This document shows, in pieces, positions 46,993-57,454 of a DNA stretch of 64,000 nt. The DNA is from an uncultured Gemmatimonadales bacterium (GTDB taxonomy: Bacteria; Gemmatimonadota; Gemmatimonadetes; Gemmatimonadales; GWC2-71-9), in contig CAWEWK010000005.1 in the NCBI GenBank assembly GCA_963812755.1, forward strand, positions 343,075-407,074, written 5' to 3'. A program made the position numbers and the translations under genes. Each line of letters opens with the position of its first letter. The first letter of the stretch is position 1. The notes under the pieces were generated by a model. It was not told the origin of the DNA and searched no databases. It saw only the letters and a list, made by a program, of their open reading frames with translations.

Positions 46993-47613
46993 GACTGGGG
47001 CGCGGCCGTTTTCCGACAGACCGCGCAAGCCGCCTTCAAAATGCCGGAGACCCACCAGGGAGGGGTGCGTTGCAGAGGGGAGATGCGGCACGCGGGCGGC
47101 ACAGCCGGGCGGGTGAATGCGGGATTACTGGTCCCCAGGTGGTCCCTCTAGTGCCGTGAGCGAGGCTAACTCTGATCGGCGGCTGCGAGCGCGAGCAGGT
47201 CAGGGCTATTCAGGAGTTCGGATGCCATAGTCCGGAGCATCGACACCGCTGGGCCCGGGTCCCGCTCAGCCATGCGGGGAAATACCCCGGTCTCCCCGAC
47301 CACTGGTGCCGCGTCTATGACGCCCACCCGGATCCGTCGATCGACACCCTGGCCGGTCATGTCTGGATCGATGCCCCCCAGAAGCTGCTCCATGTGCGGT
47401 CTGACTGTCTGGAGTTCCGAGACTCGCCGCCCGACGAAAGCGAGTGACGGACGAGAACTCGCCCTGCTACGCTCGCTCTGTCAGGTCGAGGCGTTGACCT
47501 TTGGGTCCGAGGATACATCGCCTGGCCGCGCGGATGAACTCCACTCCGTTCATCTCCACTCTCCCTCGCTGCTGGCGACGACAATCGGCGTATCCCGATG
47601 GAGGTTCAGAGCC

Positions 47614-48258
47614 TTACGACAAGAACCACGCGAGGCTAAGGAGCAGAACCGCGGCGAGCAACAAACCAAGGCTGCTCCACACTGCGAACCGCCTGTACCC
47701 TGCGGTATCCGGGGCTAGGATCGGCTGCCGCCGCTTCGCGAGGCGGGTGGCTTGGGTGTCGAGCCAGCCGAGAAGTAGCAACGCGGCGATAGCTGCGGTC
47801 AGGCGACCTGGCAGATGCTCCGGCCCGCCCCCGATGGCGAACATCAGGCCCACACCGAAAATGAGGACGAACCCTGCCACGAAGGCTATGAACACTCCTA
47901 GCGGTCCCTCCATAGAACGGCTGGCCGTATCTACCGCCCGCAAGAGTGGCTCATTGCCGTGTGGCTCAGCTGCTGCGGTGCCCTTGCTGATCCCCTGAGC
48001 TATCGCGTTCTCAATTAGACCCCGCACCGGCGCGGGCAGGCTCATACCCTCCAAGGTCCGCCCATTCAAGCTCACCGAGGTTTGCAGCATTCCAAGCACA
48101 TTTTTGCCAGCGCTCCCGCCCTGGAGTACGTCGGGAATACCGTCCTTGTCCTTGTCCTGGAACTGGTCAAGCATCACCTGATAGGCCTTTCGAACCTCTG
48201 GCGCCATGGCCTCGGGGCTATCGTACTCTTGGCCGTTGAAGATGATGCGGGTCGTCAT
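47614..48258 (-). CDS. Membrane protein with an N-terminal RIIFNGQEYDSPEAM domain
   Basis: 214 aa. Soluble N-terminus plus C-terminal TM helices. Paralogue of 48346..49088. Confidence 0.55.
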   Translation of the reverse strand: MTTRIIFNGQEYDSPEAMAPEVRKAYQVMLDQFQDKDKDGIPDVLQGGSAGKNVLGMLQTSVSLNGRTLEGMSLPAPVRGLIENAIAQGISKGTAAAEPHGNEPLLRAVDTASRSMEGPLGVFIAFVAGFVLIFGVGLMFAIGGGPEHLPGRLTAAIAALLLLGWLDTQATRLAKRRQPILAPDTAGYRRFAVWSSLGLLLAAVLLLSLAWFLS

Positions 48259-48345
48259 GAGTGTCTCCCGACTGGGACGGGTTAGAGCTCGATCTCGTAC
48301 CTGCTGGCGATTTCCCTATAGTGGACCGCTCGGAGAGAGCCAGGG

Positions 48346-49088
48346 CTACTTTTTCAGCCTCATCTCGAGTGAGATGTACATCCCAGCGATGCAGGCGAGC
48401 GCCACGAGCACACCGATCCCGACAAAGAGGCCCCCTGCTTGGCTTTGGGAACTCGCGTCCATGTGCGAGATCATCCAGACACCCCCCGCAACGACGCCCC
48501 CCGCACCCACACCCAACAGAATCTGGAGCACCCGTGCAAGGGCATGTTCACTCGTGTCGAGTGCCCGCAGGAAGCCTTCGTTGCGGTGCGCCTGAGCCGG
48601 TGTGGTTTGAGCGTCCGGGGCTGAGTCTCGCGGGGCACTGGTCTCCGGGGACTTCTGCTTCTTCAGCATCAGCCAGATCGCGATACCAATCCCCGCGATG
48701 CCGGTGAGCACCACCGCCACCAGGAACCCGCGCCCGATGTAGAAGCCGCCGCCTCCCTGGCGTCGGAAACCCGCCTCCAGCTGCCAGACCATCCACCCAC
48801 CCCCCACAATGATCCCTCCAACCGCCACGCCCATCAGAATCAGGAGCCCCCGATTTTCAGGGCATGTTGAGTCCTGCCGATCGCCCGCATGAAATCCCCG
48901 TAGGGGTGCGCTCGAACCGAGCCGGCTCGCGCGCCCTGCCCCGAATCTCCCGTGGTACTGATCTCGCGCAATCCCTGCTGATTGGCCTCCAACTTGGCAA
49001 GCGCTTCTTGGTACGCTTTGCGTACAGCTTGCGGCATAGCCTCTGGGCTGTCATACTCTTGGCCGTTAAAGATGATGCGGGTTGCCAT
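48346..49088 (-). CDS. Paralogous membrane protein with a duplicated TM module, frame break at a G-run near 48840
   Basis: MATRIIFNGQEYDSPEAMPQAVRKAYQ... ends ...HALKIGGS*, but LLILMGVAVGGIIVGGGW continues in the adjacent frame. The module F(M/L)RA..T..HAL plus 2 TM helices occurs twice. Confidence 0.55.
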
Positions 49089-49427
49089 AAAGAGTCCCTC
49101 GCCCGTAGAGAGCGACACGGCACTTGCTGAAGTCGCAGTGAGATCGAGCCCCCGAACTGCAGAACGCGCACGATGGAGGGGGTTCTCTACAGAATAGCGC
49201 TGCGGCGCAAGAGCGCTACCCGCTCCGCCGCGATTGCTATGCGGCGCGGGCGGCCACGAGACCACGGAGCTGCCGTGCTGCCTCGGTGGCGCGGCCCAAG
49301 ACCGCAGGGCAGCTGATTGCCGCGGTCGGGCAACTCCTGCACATGGCCAGCCAGGTCAGTGATACCGTTAGCCTTGGTGCGCCGGGCGCCACTGATAGCC
49401 TGGCGACCGGTAGGGTTCTCCCTCGCA

Positions 49428-49555
49428 CATCTAGACGGCCGCCCGGTAGGGGCGTAGAATCTCCCTTAGCGACCCAGTAGCAGGCCGCGTCACCGTCTTA
49501 GCCCTCGTCGTGGAGAGGCAGCCGGCATCTATTGCGCTGCCCGGAGCCACCACGA
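49428..49555 (+). repeat. Ligase-upstream module U, copy c
   Basis: CATCTAGAC(49428)...CGTAGAATCT...GCCCTCGTCGTGGAGAGGCAGCCGGCATCtattgcGCTGCCCGGAGCCACCACGA. Confidence 0.8.
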
Positions 49556-50144
49556 ATGAGCCCCCGCACCACCAAAACCCTTCCCCTCGTCGAGCCGGTC
49601 GTCCCGGCGCTGGGCTCACCCCCGCTGCACGATTCGAAGTGGATCTACAAACCAAAGTTCGATGGCTGGCGTGGGACGCTCTATCTGGACGGCCACTCCA
49701 CGTACATCCGCTCGAAGCGGGGCAATGTGCTACGCAGGTTCTGGGAGCTGGCTGGGCGGGTAAGAGCGGAGCTGGGGGTGAAGGACGCCATTCTAAGACG
49801 GCGAGGTGGTGGCGCTCGATGACGAAGGCCGCATGTCCTTTAATGCTCTCCAAACTGGCCGGGGATGGCTGCACTACGTTGCCTTCGACTTGCTGTGGCT
49901 GAACGGACAGGACATGCGGGCTCAGCCGCTCACTCGGCGGAAGCGTCGATTGGGGGGACTGATCCCGACCAACAATGCGACCCTATCCCGGGTGCTCGCC
50001 GTGGAGGAGCACGGGCGGGAGTTGTTCGAGGCAGTGCAGCGGCTACGCGATCCCTACGCTCAGCAGACCGTGTGGTACAAAGTGAAGAACCCGGCCTACA
50101 CTCAGGCTGAGGGGCGAGGCGACCTGTTCCACAAGGCTCGCTGA
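49556..50144 (+). pseudogene. ATP-dependent DNA ligase, copy L3 (1-nt insertion near 49790; motif IV region deleted)
   Basis: MSPRTTKTLPLVEPVVPALGSPPLHDSKWIYKPKFDGWRGTLYLDG... is in frame from the ATG. A break at DAIL|DGEVVAL (ctaagacggc versus ctggacggc in L0). ...AVQRL-RDPYAQQTVWYKVKN lacks EGIVAKRK. Confidence 0.8.
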
Positions 50145-50167
50145 CGCCTCCTAGCCCGGACATTGTC

Positions 50168-50300
50168 TTGACAGCCTCCGTACCCGCCTGTAGTTCATCC
50201 TACCAACCCTCGACAAAGGAACACCCGGCGAAAGCCGGGGCCGCAAAAGTCTCGGGCTCCTCCTCCGCGACGCTACCTCCGACGCCACGAAGGACCTTAA
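50168..50300 (+). promoter_or_regulatory. Promoter plus structured leader, copy P3
   Basis: TTGACA(50168)-N17-TAGTTC(50191). CGACAAAGGAACACCCGGCGAAAGCCGGGGCCGCAAAAGTC...GACGCCACGAAGGACC. Confidence 0.6.
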
Positions 50301-50369
50301 GATCGCCGAACTGCGCCATGATGGTCTTCGACGGATAGACTCGCAACGCGTTGCGAAAGGAGATTTCCA

Positions 50370-50796
50370 ATGCCCATGCAAGCCGCAGCCACCGCACCGT
50401 TAACCGACAAGGATCGTGCTGATATCAAGGGGCTCAATCGCGCAATTCGACAAAGACATGCTGGCGCGAAGAGTGCCCGCCCTTGTCGGTCCTTACACGA
50501 AACACCGCCATCCTCATGCCGCCCCACGCACCCATGGTGCGCGGGCGGGCGGCGATCCGGCAGTTCTTCGAGGACTTCCCTAAGGTCACAGAGTTCACGC
50601 AGAAACCTGTTGAGATAGAGGGAGAGGGGACCTTGCGTTCCCATGGGGTACGTTCGAGATGGCAGTGCTTCCCGAGGGGGCAGCAGCGCCGGTGAGGGAC
50701 CGAGGTAAGGTGCTCGGCATCTTTCGTAAGCAACCCGACGGATCATGGCTCGTCGGTAGGGTTTGTTGGAATTCCGATCTAGCCCCGGTACCATAA
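50370..50796 (+). pseudogene. SnoaL/DUF4440-like (NTF2-fold) gene with several frame breaks
   Basis: MPMQAAATAPLTDKDRADIKGLNRAI / TAILMPPHAPMVRGRAAIRQFFEDFPKVTEFTQKPVEIEGEGTL / GKVLGIFRKQPDGSWLV..WNSD occur in different frames. Confidence 0.55.
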
Positions 50797-51671
50797 CTCC
50801 GGCCGAGAGCCCGGCAGAGCTTCTCGCACTGAGTTGTAAGACACATACCGGTGAGCACAACGGACGAGTCATGGCTACACGGTCACTGAAAGCCCCCCTG
50901 CCACTCGTCATCATGGAGGCCCTATGCCGGCGCCTGGCGCTACTTGTCTGTAGTCCTCCTGTCACTCTTCCCACGTCTGAAACTAGGAGGTCAGAAGCCC
51001 CATATCGAGACCCGCGTTCTCGTGTTCCCTTCGAACGGGTCGACACCCTGCGGAAACTACTGGAGGAGACTTAGTCAGTCCTGGCGGAAGCCAAGCGCCG
51101 TGGCGGGATCTTGGATGATGTATGGCTCGTCCATGCTCGGCGAGGAGAGTCAATGTAGTCAAGATGACTACCTGGAAATCCTGGCAAGTACTCGAGGAAA
51201 CGACTGTCGGGCTTACGCCGCCACCAGAAAGTTCTATCCGGACTCGGTCGACGAAGAAACTCAATCATCGATTCGCTGGGGTATTCCAAGGGCCTCCGCA
51301 TGTAGACAAGATTACCGGAAAATCGAGTAGCGTTCGGTTCTCGATGCTATAGCCAGCGTAACAGGTTGATTTTCGATGGGGTTTGGCGGGTCCCCGCTGC
51401 GAGAGGCGGCGGGGAAATGCGCCTGTGCAAATATCTGTGCGAACTTCCCCCATCATCCGGCACATTTCTGTACCTGCGCGCGTGCATCCTGCATACGTAA
51501 TCCCTGAATTCAGGGGGAAGCTGACGAAATGTTCGCCAGCCCCTAGCCAATCGGCTGAGCATGGAGCGTATCACTGGTCCGTTCCAGAGCCTCGTGCTAG
51601 CGTAGTAGAGTACCTCCCGAAGTATCTTCCCGCTGCCCGACAGCGCTGCCCGCCTCCAGGCCGCACCGGCC

Positions 51672-52087
51672 GACCGCCACCTGTTTGAGCGCGAGCTGGG
51701 CCAGGGCGGCATGGCGACCGTCACCTGGCGCGCGACGTCAAGCACGACCGAGAGGTGGCCCTTAAGGTTCTCCATCCGGAGCTAGCCGCTAGTCTGGGGC
51801 CGGAGCGCTTTCTCCGGGAGATCCGCACGACGGCTCGCCTGCAGCACCCGCATATCCCGTCCGTCCTCGATTCCGGCGAGGCGGCAGGCATGCTCTGGTA
51901 TACCAGGCCGTACGTCGAGGGCGAGGGCCGACGCGACCGGCTGCGGCGCGAGGCCCAACTGCCGGTCGATGAGGCGATTCGGATCGCGCGGGAGGTGGGG
52001 CTCGCCCTCGACTACGCCCACCGGCACGGAGTGGTGCACCGCGATAGCAGGAGATTCTTCCAGGAGTTCGAGATAATCCGATCGTAA
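51672..52087 (+). pseudogene. Ser/Thr protein kinase N-terminal fragment
   Basis: DRHLFERELGQGGMATV, a break, then VALKVLHPELAASLGPERFLREIRTTARLQHPHI...YAHRHGVVHRD followed by unrelated residues and a stop. Confidence 0.7.
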
Positions 52088-52744
52088 CGGGTATGGATTT
52101 TTACGCTAGGAGGAAAGGCGAGCGGGGGGCGCCGATCCTGGCCGCCCCCGTGAGGTGTGCGGGATGAGGTGGGGAGTCAGGGCGTGGTGGCGCTCTCGGT
52201 GAGGTAGACGCCCCGGTGTAGGCGGACGGCGGCGCGGCTCAAGACCACCTCTCTAGGACGCTCTCGGTATAGGCTTTCACGTCCGCCCGGTGTGCGGACC
52301 ATAGGAGATCGAGCGCGCCCGCGGGACCGTGAGCCGCGACCAGCTCCCGTCGCCTCCCCCGCATGTCGGCGGGTACTTGGTACTCGTGAACCTCGACCAA
52401 CCCGGCCGCATAGGCGGCGAGCATGGCGGGCCAGGCGCCGCCGGCAATGTCCTGGAGCGTTGCCTCTTGGGGCGCTGGCACGCCAGTGGTTCAACGCGTG
52501 CTCCCACATTCCGACCTTGGGGGCGCGTACCCATTCGGTGAGGTGGTCGCCCGGCTCAAGCGCGTTAGTCAAGTAATTTATTGCCGGCTAGGGCCCGGCG
52601 CAGGACGGGCACCGCCTCGGCGTAGCGCCCGAGCGCGACGGAGGTCGCGCCCAAGTACTCGTTGGTGAGCGGGAATGCGGTGTCCATCGCCACCGTGTTC
52701 CGCAGCTAGGATCGCCTCACCGGAGTCGCACCAGTCAGGGGGCG

Positions 52745-55274
52745 CTACCGCACCGTCGGTGTGAAAAGCGTGTCGTGCGCCGCCACTGCGCGTCGGCGCA
52801 TCGCCGCGACGTCCTCCTGCATGCGTGCCGCAATCCGCTGGAACTGCGGATGCGCCCGTATGCCGTCGAAAAAAGGGTCGCGCGCGAGGACTCGCGGATC
52901 CTTGAATCCTCGCTGGTAGGCGTGCTCCAGCCACTCCAACGCATCGGAAAGGTCACCGCGTACTGCGCTGATCGCCGCGATCTCGAGCGATCGGTCGAAC
53001 ATTTCGTTCCCGGCAGCGAGATCCTTCCGGGCCTGGGCGAGTGCCGCGTCCCCCATGGAGTCGGCACGCGCCCGCGCGCCGCGCTGAGCGAGTGCCCAGG
53101 CGTAGAGTGTCCGGAACGTCTCGTGGAGGAAAAGCGGCCGCGTGTCGGGGGACGCTTCGGCGAGAGGCTTGACGAGTGCTTCAGCATCCAGCGCCCGGGT
53201 GACGACCGCAAGCTCGGCGAGGTACGCTAGTCCTTCCTGATTCTCCGGGTCGCGCGCCACGATGCGGCGCGCGCGCTCCATCGCCGACGTGTCGCGCCCC
53301 CGCTTCAGGTCCAACATGGACAGCGCAGTCTCGAGTCGGACGTTGTCGGGGAATCTCCGGGTGGCGCGGACGAGAAAGCGTTCGGAGGCCAGATCATCCC
53401 CGAGCCGGACGAGCGGCACGCTCACGTGGTAATAGGTGACCGGGCTGGCCGGATCGAGAGGCACGGCCCGCATCGCCCAATAGAGCGACTCGTCATAGTT
53501 GCCCAGGTAATCCTCGTTGATCGACAGGTCCATCATCGCCCAGGCGTAATTCGGATCGAGCTGGAGTGCCTTGCGGTACGAGATGCGCCCTGCGGCGAGG
53601 CGCCCGCTAACGCTCTGGGTGCCGCCAAGCGCGAAATGGGCTTGTGCCAGTTCCGGATCGGCCGCGACCGCCTTCTTCGCAGCAACAAGACCGGAGTCGA
53701 AATAGGCGGGCCCGCGGCTGTATCCCAGGAACATGAAGAGGCGGGCGAGTTCGGCGTACGCTGCGGCAAAGGTGGAGTCCCGTGCAACGGCCTGGCGCAG
53801 AATCTGATGCCCTCGAGGTTCTGCGTGGGATGAACCGGTCCGTGTCGCCGGCCCGCATGTACAACTCGTATGCAGCAAGATCCACGGTCGGCGGCCGTCC
53901 TGCGCGGCGCGCCTCCGCCGGGGTGAGTGAAGTCTGCAGGGCGGTCGTGATCCGCTGCGCGATGTCGCGTTGCACGCCAAAGACGTCTGCGAGCTCCCTG
54001 TCGTACTGCTCCGTCCAGATCGTCTGCCGTGACCGGGCGTCGATGAGCTGTACTCCTACCCGTGCCCGATTCCCTCGACCCGGACGGTTCCCTCGACGAT
54101 GCTTCCTACGCCAAGATCCTTCACCATACGTGGTATGCGGTCGGTGGCGTCGGTGTAGGAGGTTAACGTGTTGCGGCCCAGCACCCGCAACGCGGAGAGT
54201 CTGGAGAGCTGCCCGGTGATCTCCTCCGTCATCCCCGCTGCGAAGTAGCTCCGGGCCGAGTCGGCCGACAGGTTTTCAAAGGGCAACACCGCGACCACGT
54301 ACTTCTGGTCCAGCGGTGCGGCCATCGCAACTTCAACTGGCGCATCGGGGCCCCGCGTAGCGAACCACGCTACGCCGAGAAGAAGGGCCAAGCCCAGCGC
54401 GACCGCCAGCCACGCGTGCGAGCGGGGACGTGATGCGACGGCTGCCGGTGCCGTCTGGTGCGCTCCTCAGCGCCTCGGTGAACTTCCCTACAGTGTCGAA
54501 CCGATCCGCGGGCGTCTTCGCGAGCGCGCGGGCGACGGCCCCGGCTACAGCGGACGGGACCGCGGGACGCAGCGGAGTGATGGAGCGAGGCTCGGAAATC
54601 AAATGCTGGTGAATGATGCTCTGTGGCGTCGGTCCAGTGAACGGAGGCTCGCCGGCGAGCATTTCGAACAGCACGCACGCCAGGCTGTACAGATCGCTGC
54701 GGCCGTCTGTGTCACGGTTGCCCGCCGCTTGCTCCGGACTCATGTACGTCGGGGTGCCAAGCGACATTCCTGTTCCCGTGAGGCGCTCAGTTCCCGCCGC
54801 CGACAGCGCCCGGGCAATACCAAAAGCGGCCACGACCGCGTGTCCCGCTTCGAGCAGGATGTTCTCCGGCTTGATGTCCCGGTGCACAACGCCGTGCGCA
54901 TGAGCGTAGGACAGTGCGTAGCCTACCTCGTGCGTGATGCGCAGCGCGTCGTCAAGGGGCAACTGCTTCTCACGGTCTAGCCGGGCGCGGAGCGACTCGC
55001 CCTCAACGAGCGGCATCACGAAGAACAGGGCGCCGTCTAGGTCGCCCGAGTCATAAACTGGGAGTATGTGCGGATGGCGGAGACGGCTGGCGATCTCGAT
55101 CTCACGGAGGAAACGCTCGGAGCCGAGGGAATAGGCGACTTCGGGACGGAGCAGCTTGAGCGCCACCCTGCGCTGGTGCCGGACATCGTCCGCCAGGTAG
55201 ACCTCGCCCATTCCGCCCATGCCGAGCAGCGAGTCTATCTGATAATGCCGGAGCGCATGACCTTTCTGCAACAT
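52745..55274 (-). pseudogene. Ser/Thr kinase - TM - periplasmic domain - TPR protein, at least 4 frame breaks
   Basis: Kinase domain 54333..55274 (HRDIKPEN; the DFG position reads AFG). TM and FENLS-type domain in ORF 54056..54391. Linker in ORF 53607..53975. TPR repeats in ORF 52745..53980. Each is in a different frame. Confidence 0.75.
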
Positions 55275-55772
55275 AGTAAGCTCAAAATGCTGCCGCTTCC
55301 TCCTCACCGCCACTGCGGCGTGCCACGCAGGCCAGACGGGGCGACTTGAGTGGTCAGCAGAGTCGTGGTTCGAGCCCAGGAGGGGCAATCAAACCCGGTA
55401 ACCGATGCTGTTCAGGAGTACCAGCAGGATGCGGCTTCTCCTCACCCTTCTGCCCCTACAATGCCGTGCTGACTCTTCAGGGCGACCAGGCAGTGTCGGC
55501 GAGCGGGCAGGGCAATTGTTATGCCCCACAACTCGTCTTCACTCAACGTGGCAGGCCCAGCGGTGAGGCATGGGGAAGACGGAGGAGACCTAGGCCGCGC
55601 TGATTGCGGAACTGTCCTAACCAACAATGGGTGGGCAGGAGCGCATTGAGCTACACTTCGGCTTAACGGACGGTTCGGACCAATGCCCTGAGCGACGTTT
55701 AACAGATGAGGGCGAACGGTGCGCATACATGCGCGCTCAAAGCCCGTCTCACCTTCACCCATGGAGGCTCTC

Positions 55773-56296
55773 ATGAAGCCAATCGTCATTAGCAGTCTGA
55801 CAGCAGCGCTCCTGCCCATATCGGCCGGAATGCTGTTTCTTCTAGCCGCTTGCCAAGATCCGGCGTCGGTCTCGCAACCGACTGACGCCCGGCTCTCGCA
55901 CAGGCGCCTGCGACCGGGAACGGCCAGAAGTTCGTGCTCCCGATCGACGAGGAGGACGTAGTGAACTGCGGACCGGGCCAAATCCTCACCGTGCATTTCT
56001 TCGGCTGGATTCAGTTCCGGGTCTTTGACGAGCCCGTCAAGCGGAACGTCGAGCTGGACGTCTTCCATGTGGCCGGCATATATACCAACACGGCCGGCAA
56101 GACCTACAGGTTTAATGATGTGGGACCAGATCACTACTATCTCGACGATGGGAACCTCATCATCGCGGCTTCCGGTCGAATCGGCGGGGGAAACATTGGG
56201 CACGTCGTGACGAACCTTACGACTGGCGAAACCGTGTTCGTCGCCGGAAAGGAGTTTGAAAGCGCTGATGCCCTTGCCTGTGAAGCCCTCACGTGA
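55773..56296 (+). CDS. Lipoprotein of unknown function, frame break near 55900-55935
   Basis: MKPIVISSLTAALLPISAGMLFLLAACQD lipobox in one frame. The body (ORF 55934..56296) is in another. Confidence 0.5.
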
Positions 56297-56367
56297 GCGG
56301 TGTTCCTCCCTGGTCTAGTGGACGAAAGCCGGGGGTCCTTGGCTGATCTGGCCGACCCGCATTTGGC

Positions 56368-56486
56368 CATCTAGACTAACTCGAAGGCCCGGCTAATCCC
56401 CGGGCCCCAAGCCAGTTCGAGCCTCTTCGTGGAGAGGCAGCCGGCAGCTCTGCGCTGCCCGGAGCCGCCACTAATGAGCCCGCGCC
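56368..56486 (+). repeat. Ligase-upstream module U, copy d, with only the first 4 or so ligase codons
   Basis: CATCTAGACT(56368)...CCTCTTCGTGGAGAGGCAGCCGGCAGCtctgcGCTGCCCGGAGCCGCCACTAATGAGCCCGCGCC, then homology ends. Confidence 0.75.
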
Positions 56487-56490
56487 GAAT

Positions 56491-56544
56491 CTCTCCAAAC
56501 CGTTCACCATGGATCGCTTGCTCGCCGAAGTAGCGCGTTTGTGA
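56491..56544 (+). pseudogene. 18-codon C-terminal fragment of a response regulator receiver
   Basis: Reads LSKPFTMDRLLAEVARL*. Occupies the place of the deleted ligase body between U(d) and P4. Confidence 0.5.
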
Positions 56545-56581
56545 GGAGGTAGTAGCCGCTCAATCCGCCGAAACTGTTGCC

Positions 56582-56665
56582 TTGACAGGAAGTGTACCCG
56601 CCCGTAAATCGATCCTACGATCTCCTCGATAAAGGCACGCCCGACGAAAGCCGGGGTCGCGGTGT
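56582..56665 (+). promoter_or_regulatory. Promoter plus leader, copy P4 (leader truncated/diverged after the GAAA hairpin)
   Basis: TTGACA(56582)-N17-TAAATC(56605). CTCGATAAAGGCACGCCCGACGAAAGCCGGGGTCGC. Confidence 0.55.
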
Positions 56666-56764
56666 TCTGTCGGGATATATCCTGCCAGTCAGATTCGTGC
56701 TATTTGTCCGTGTAGGTGCGCCGGGGGAACCCGGCATTGTTGGCAAAAGGAACAGGAGGTTACC

Positions 56765-57076
56765 ATGGCGATTGCACTCTACCAGGAGTTTCCCGGCTTC
56801 ACGGAGCAACAGTACGAGGCGGTGCTGCGGGAGCTGAACCTCGGCGGCCGTCTGGCGGAGGGAGGGGTGTTTCACTGCGCCGGCCCGATGGAAGGGGGTG
56901 CCGGCTGGCGCGTCTTTGACGTCTGGGAGTCGCAGGCCGATTTCGACCGCTTCCGCCGCGAGAAGCTCGACGCAGCGATGCAGAAGATTGGGGCGGAGAT
57001 GGCCCCGCGGGTTACCTCCTGGACCGTACACAACGTGCTCCTTGCTGAGCGTGCGCCCGCGTGGTCCCACTCATAG
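56765..57076 (+). CDS. Small hypothetical protein (intact cargo ORF behind P4)
   Basis: 103-aa ORF preceded by AGGAGG 6 nt upstream of the ATG. Confidence 0.55.
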   Translation: MAIALYQEFPGFTEQQYEAVLRELNLGGRLAEGGVFHCAGPMEGGAGWRVFDVWESQADFDRFRREKLDAAMQKIGAEMAPRVTSWTVHNVLLAERAPAWSHS

Positions 57077-57178
57077 CCCCAGCCCGGCGCGGACATGGGT
57101 TGAAAAGCACGGCCCAGCTCAAGCCGATTTGGCAATAGCTGCCAGTGTGCGGGGGGCAATCCAAAAGCCCCCCGCGTC

Positions 57179-57350
57179 CATCTAGACGACTCCTTCGAAC
57201 CAACCTAGACTCTGAATACCGGCCCCAATAGCCGCCAGCCCGTCAGCCCTCGTCGTGGAGAGGCAGCCGGCAACTCTACGCTGACCCGGAGCCGTCCGCG
57301 ATGAGTTCACGCACCAAAGCACTTCCACCCGTTGGTTGTACCCCCGCTGA
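57179..57350 (+). repeat. Ligase-upstream module U, copy e, plus a degenerate ligase start (L5)
   Basis: CATCTAGAC(57179)...CCTAGACT(57204)...CGTCAGCCCTCGTCGTGGAGAGGCAGCCGGCAAC...ATG(57301)AGTTCACGCACCAAAGCACTTCC..ACCCCCGCTG, then diverges. Confidence 0.7.
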
Positions 57351-57454
57351 TCGTGCCGAAGGCGGGCACGACCGCCGATACTCGGGTTCACCTCCTACTC
57401 GCCATAGGGAACCTATTATGAGTCAAGAATCGAGGCACTCACACCGGCCGCCCG

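Noticed and set aside
30645-50144. Whether the ligase copies could be template and variable repeats of a diversity-generating retroelement.
   Set aside because: Differences between copies are not restricted to adenine positions. Indels are frequent. No reverse transcriptase ORF is present in the window.
55360-55400. GGTTCGAGCCC, resembling a tRNA T-loop, as a possible missing tRNA 3' half.
   Set aside because: The flanking bases cannot form a T-stem or acceptor stem, and there is no CCA-proximal match to the tRNA-Ala 5' half.
55470-55570. The minus-strand reading ...TLSEDELWGITIALPARR..., reminiscent of the L(S/T)DE.W..I.PLLP start of IS5-family transposases.
   Set aside because: Only a match of about 12 residues to a loose pattern. 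No continuation into a DDE domain in any frame. Too weak to call a mobile element.
40768-57350. Whether the repeated modules could be a CRISPR array or a classical integron cassette array.
   Set aside because: The repeats are hundreds of bp long, diverged and irregularly spaced, and they contain an ORF, so this is not CRISPR. No intI-like gene is present. I could not find attC-type RYYYAAC...GTTRRRY ends, so a classical integron is not supported.
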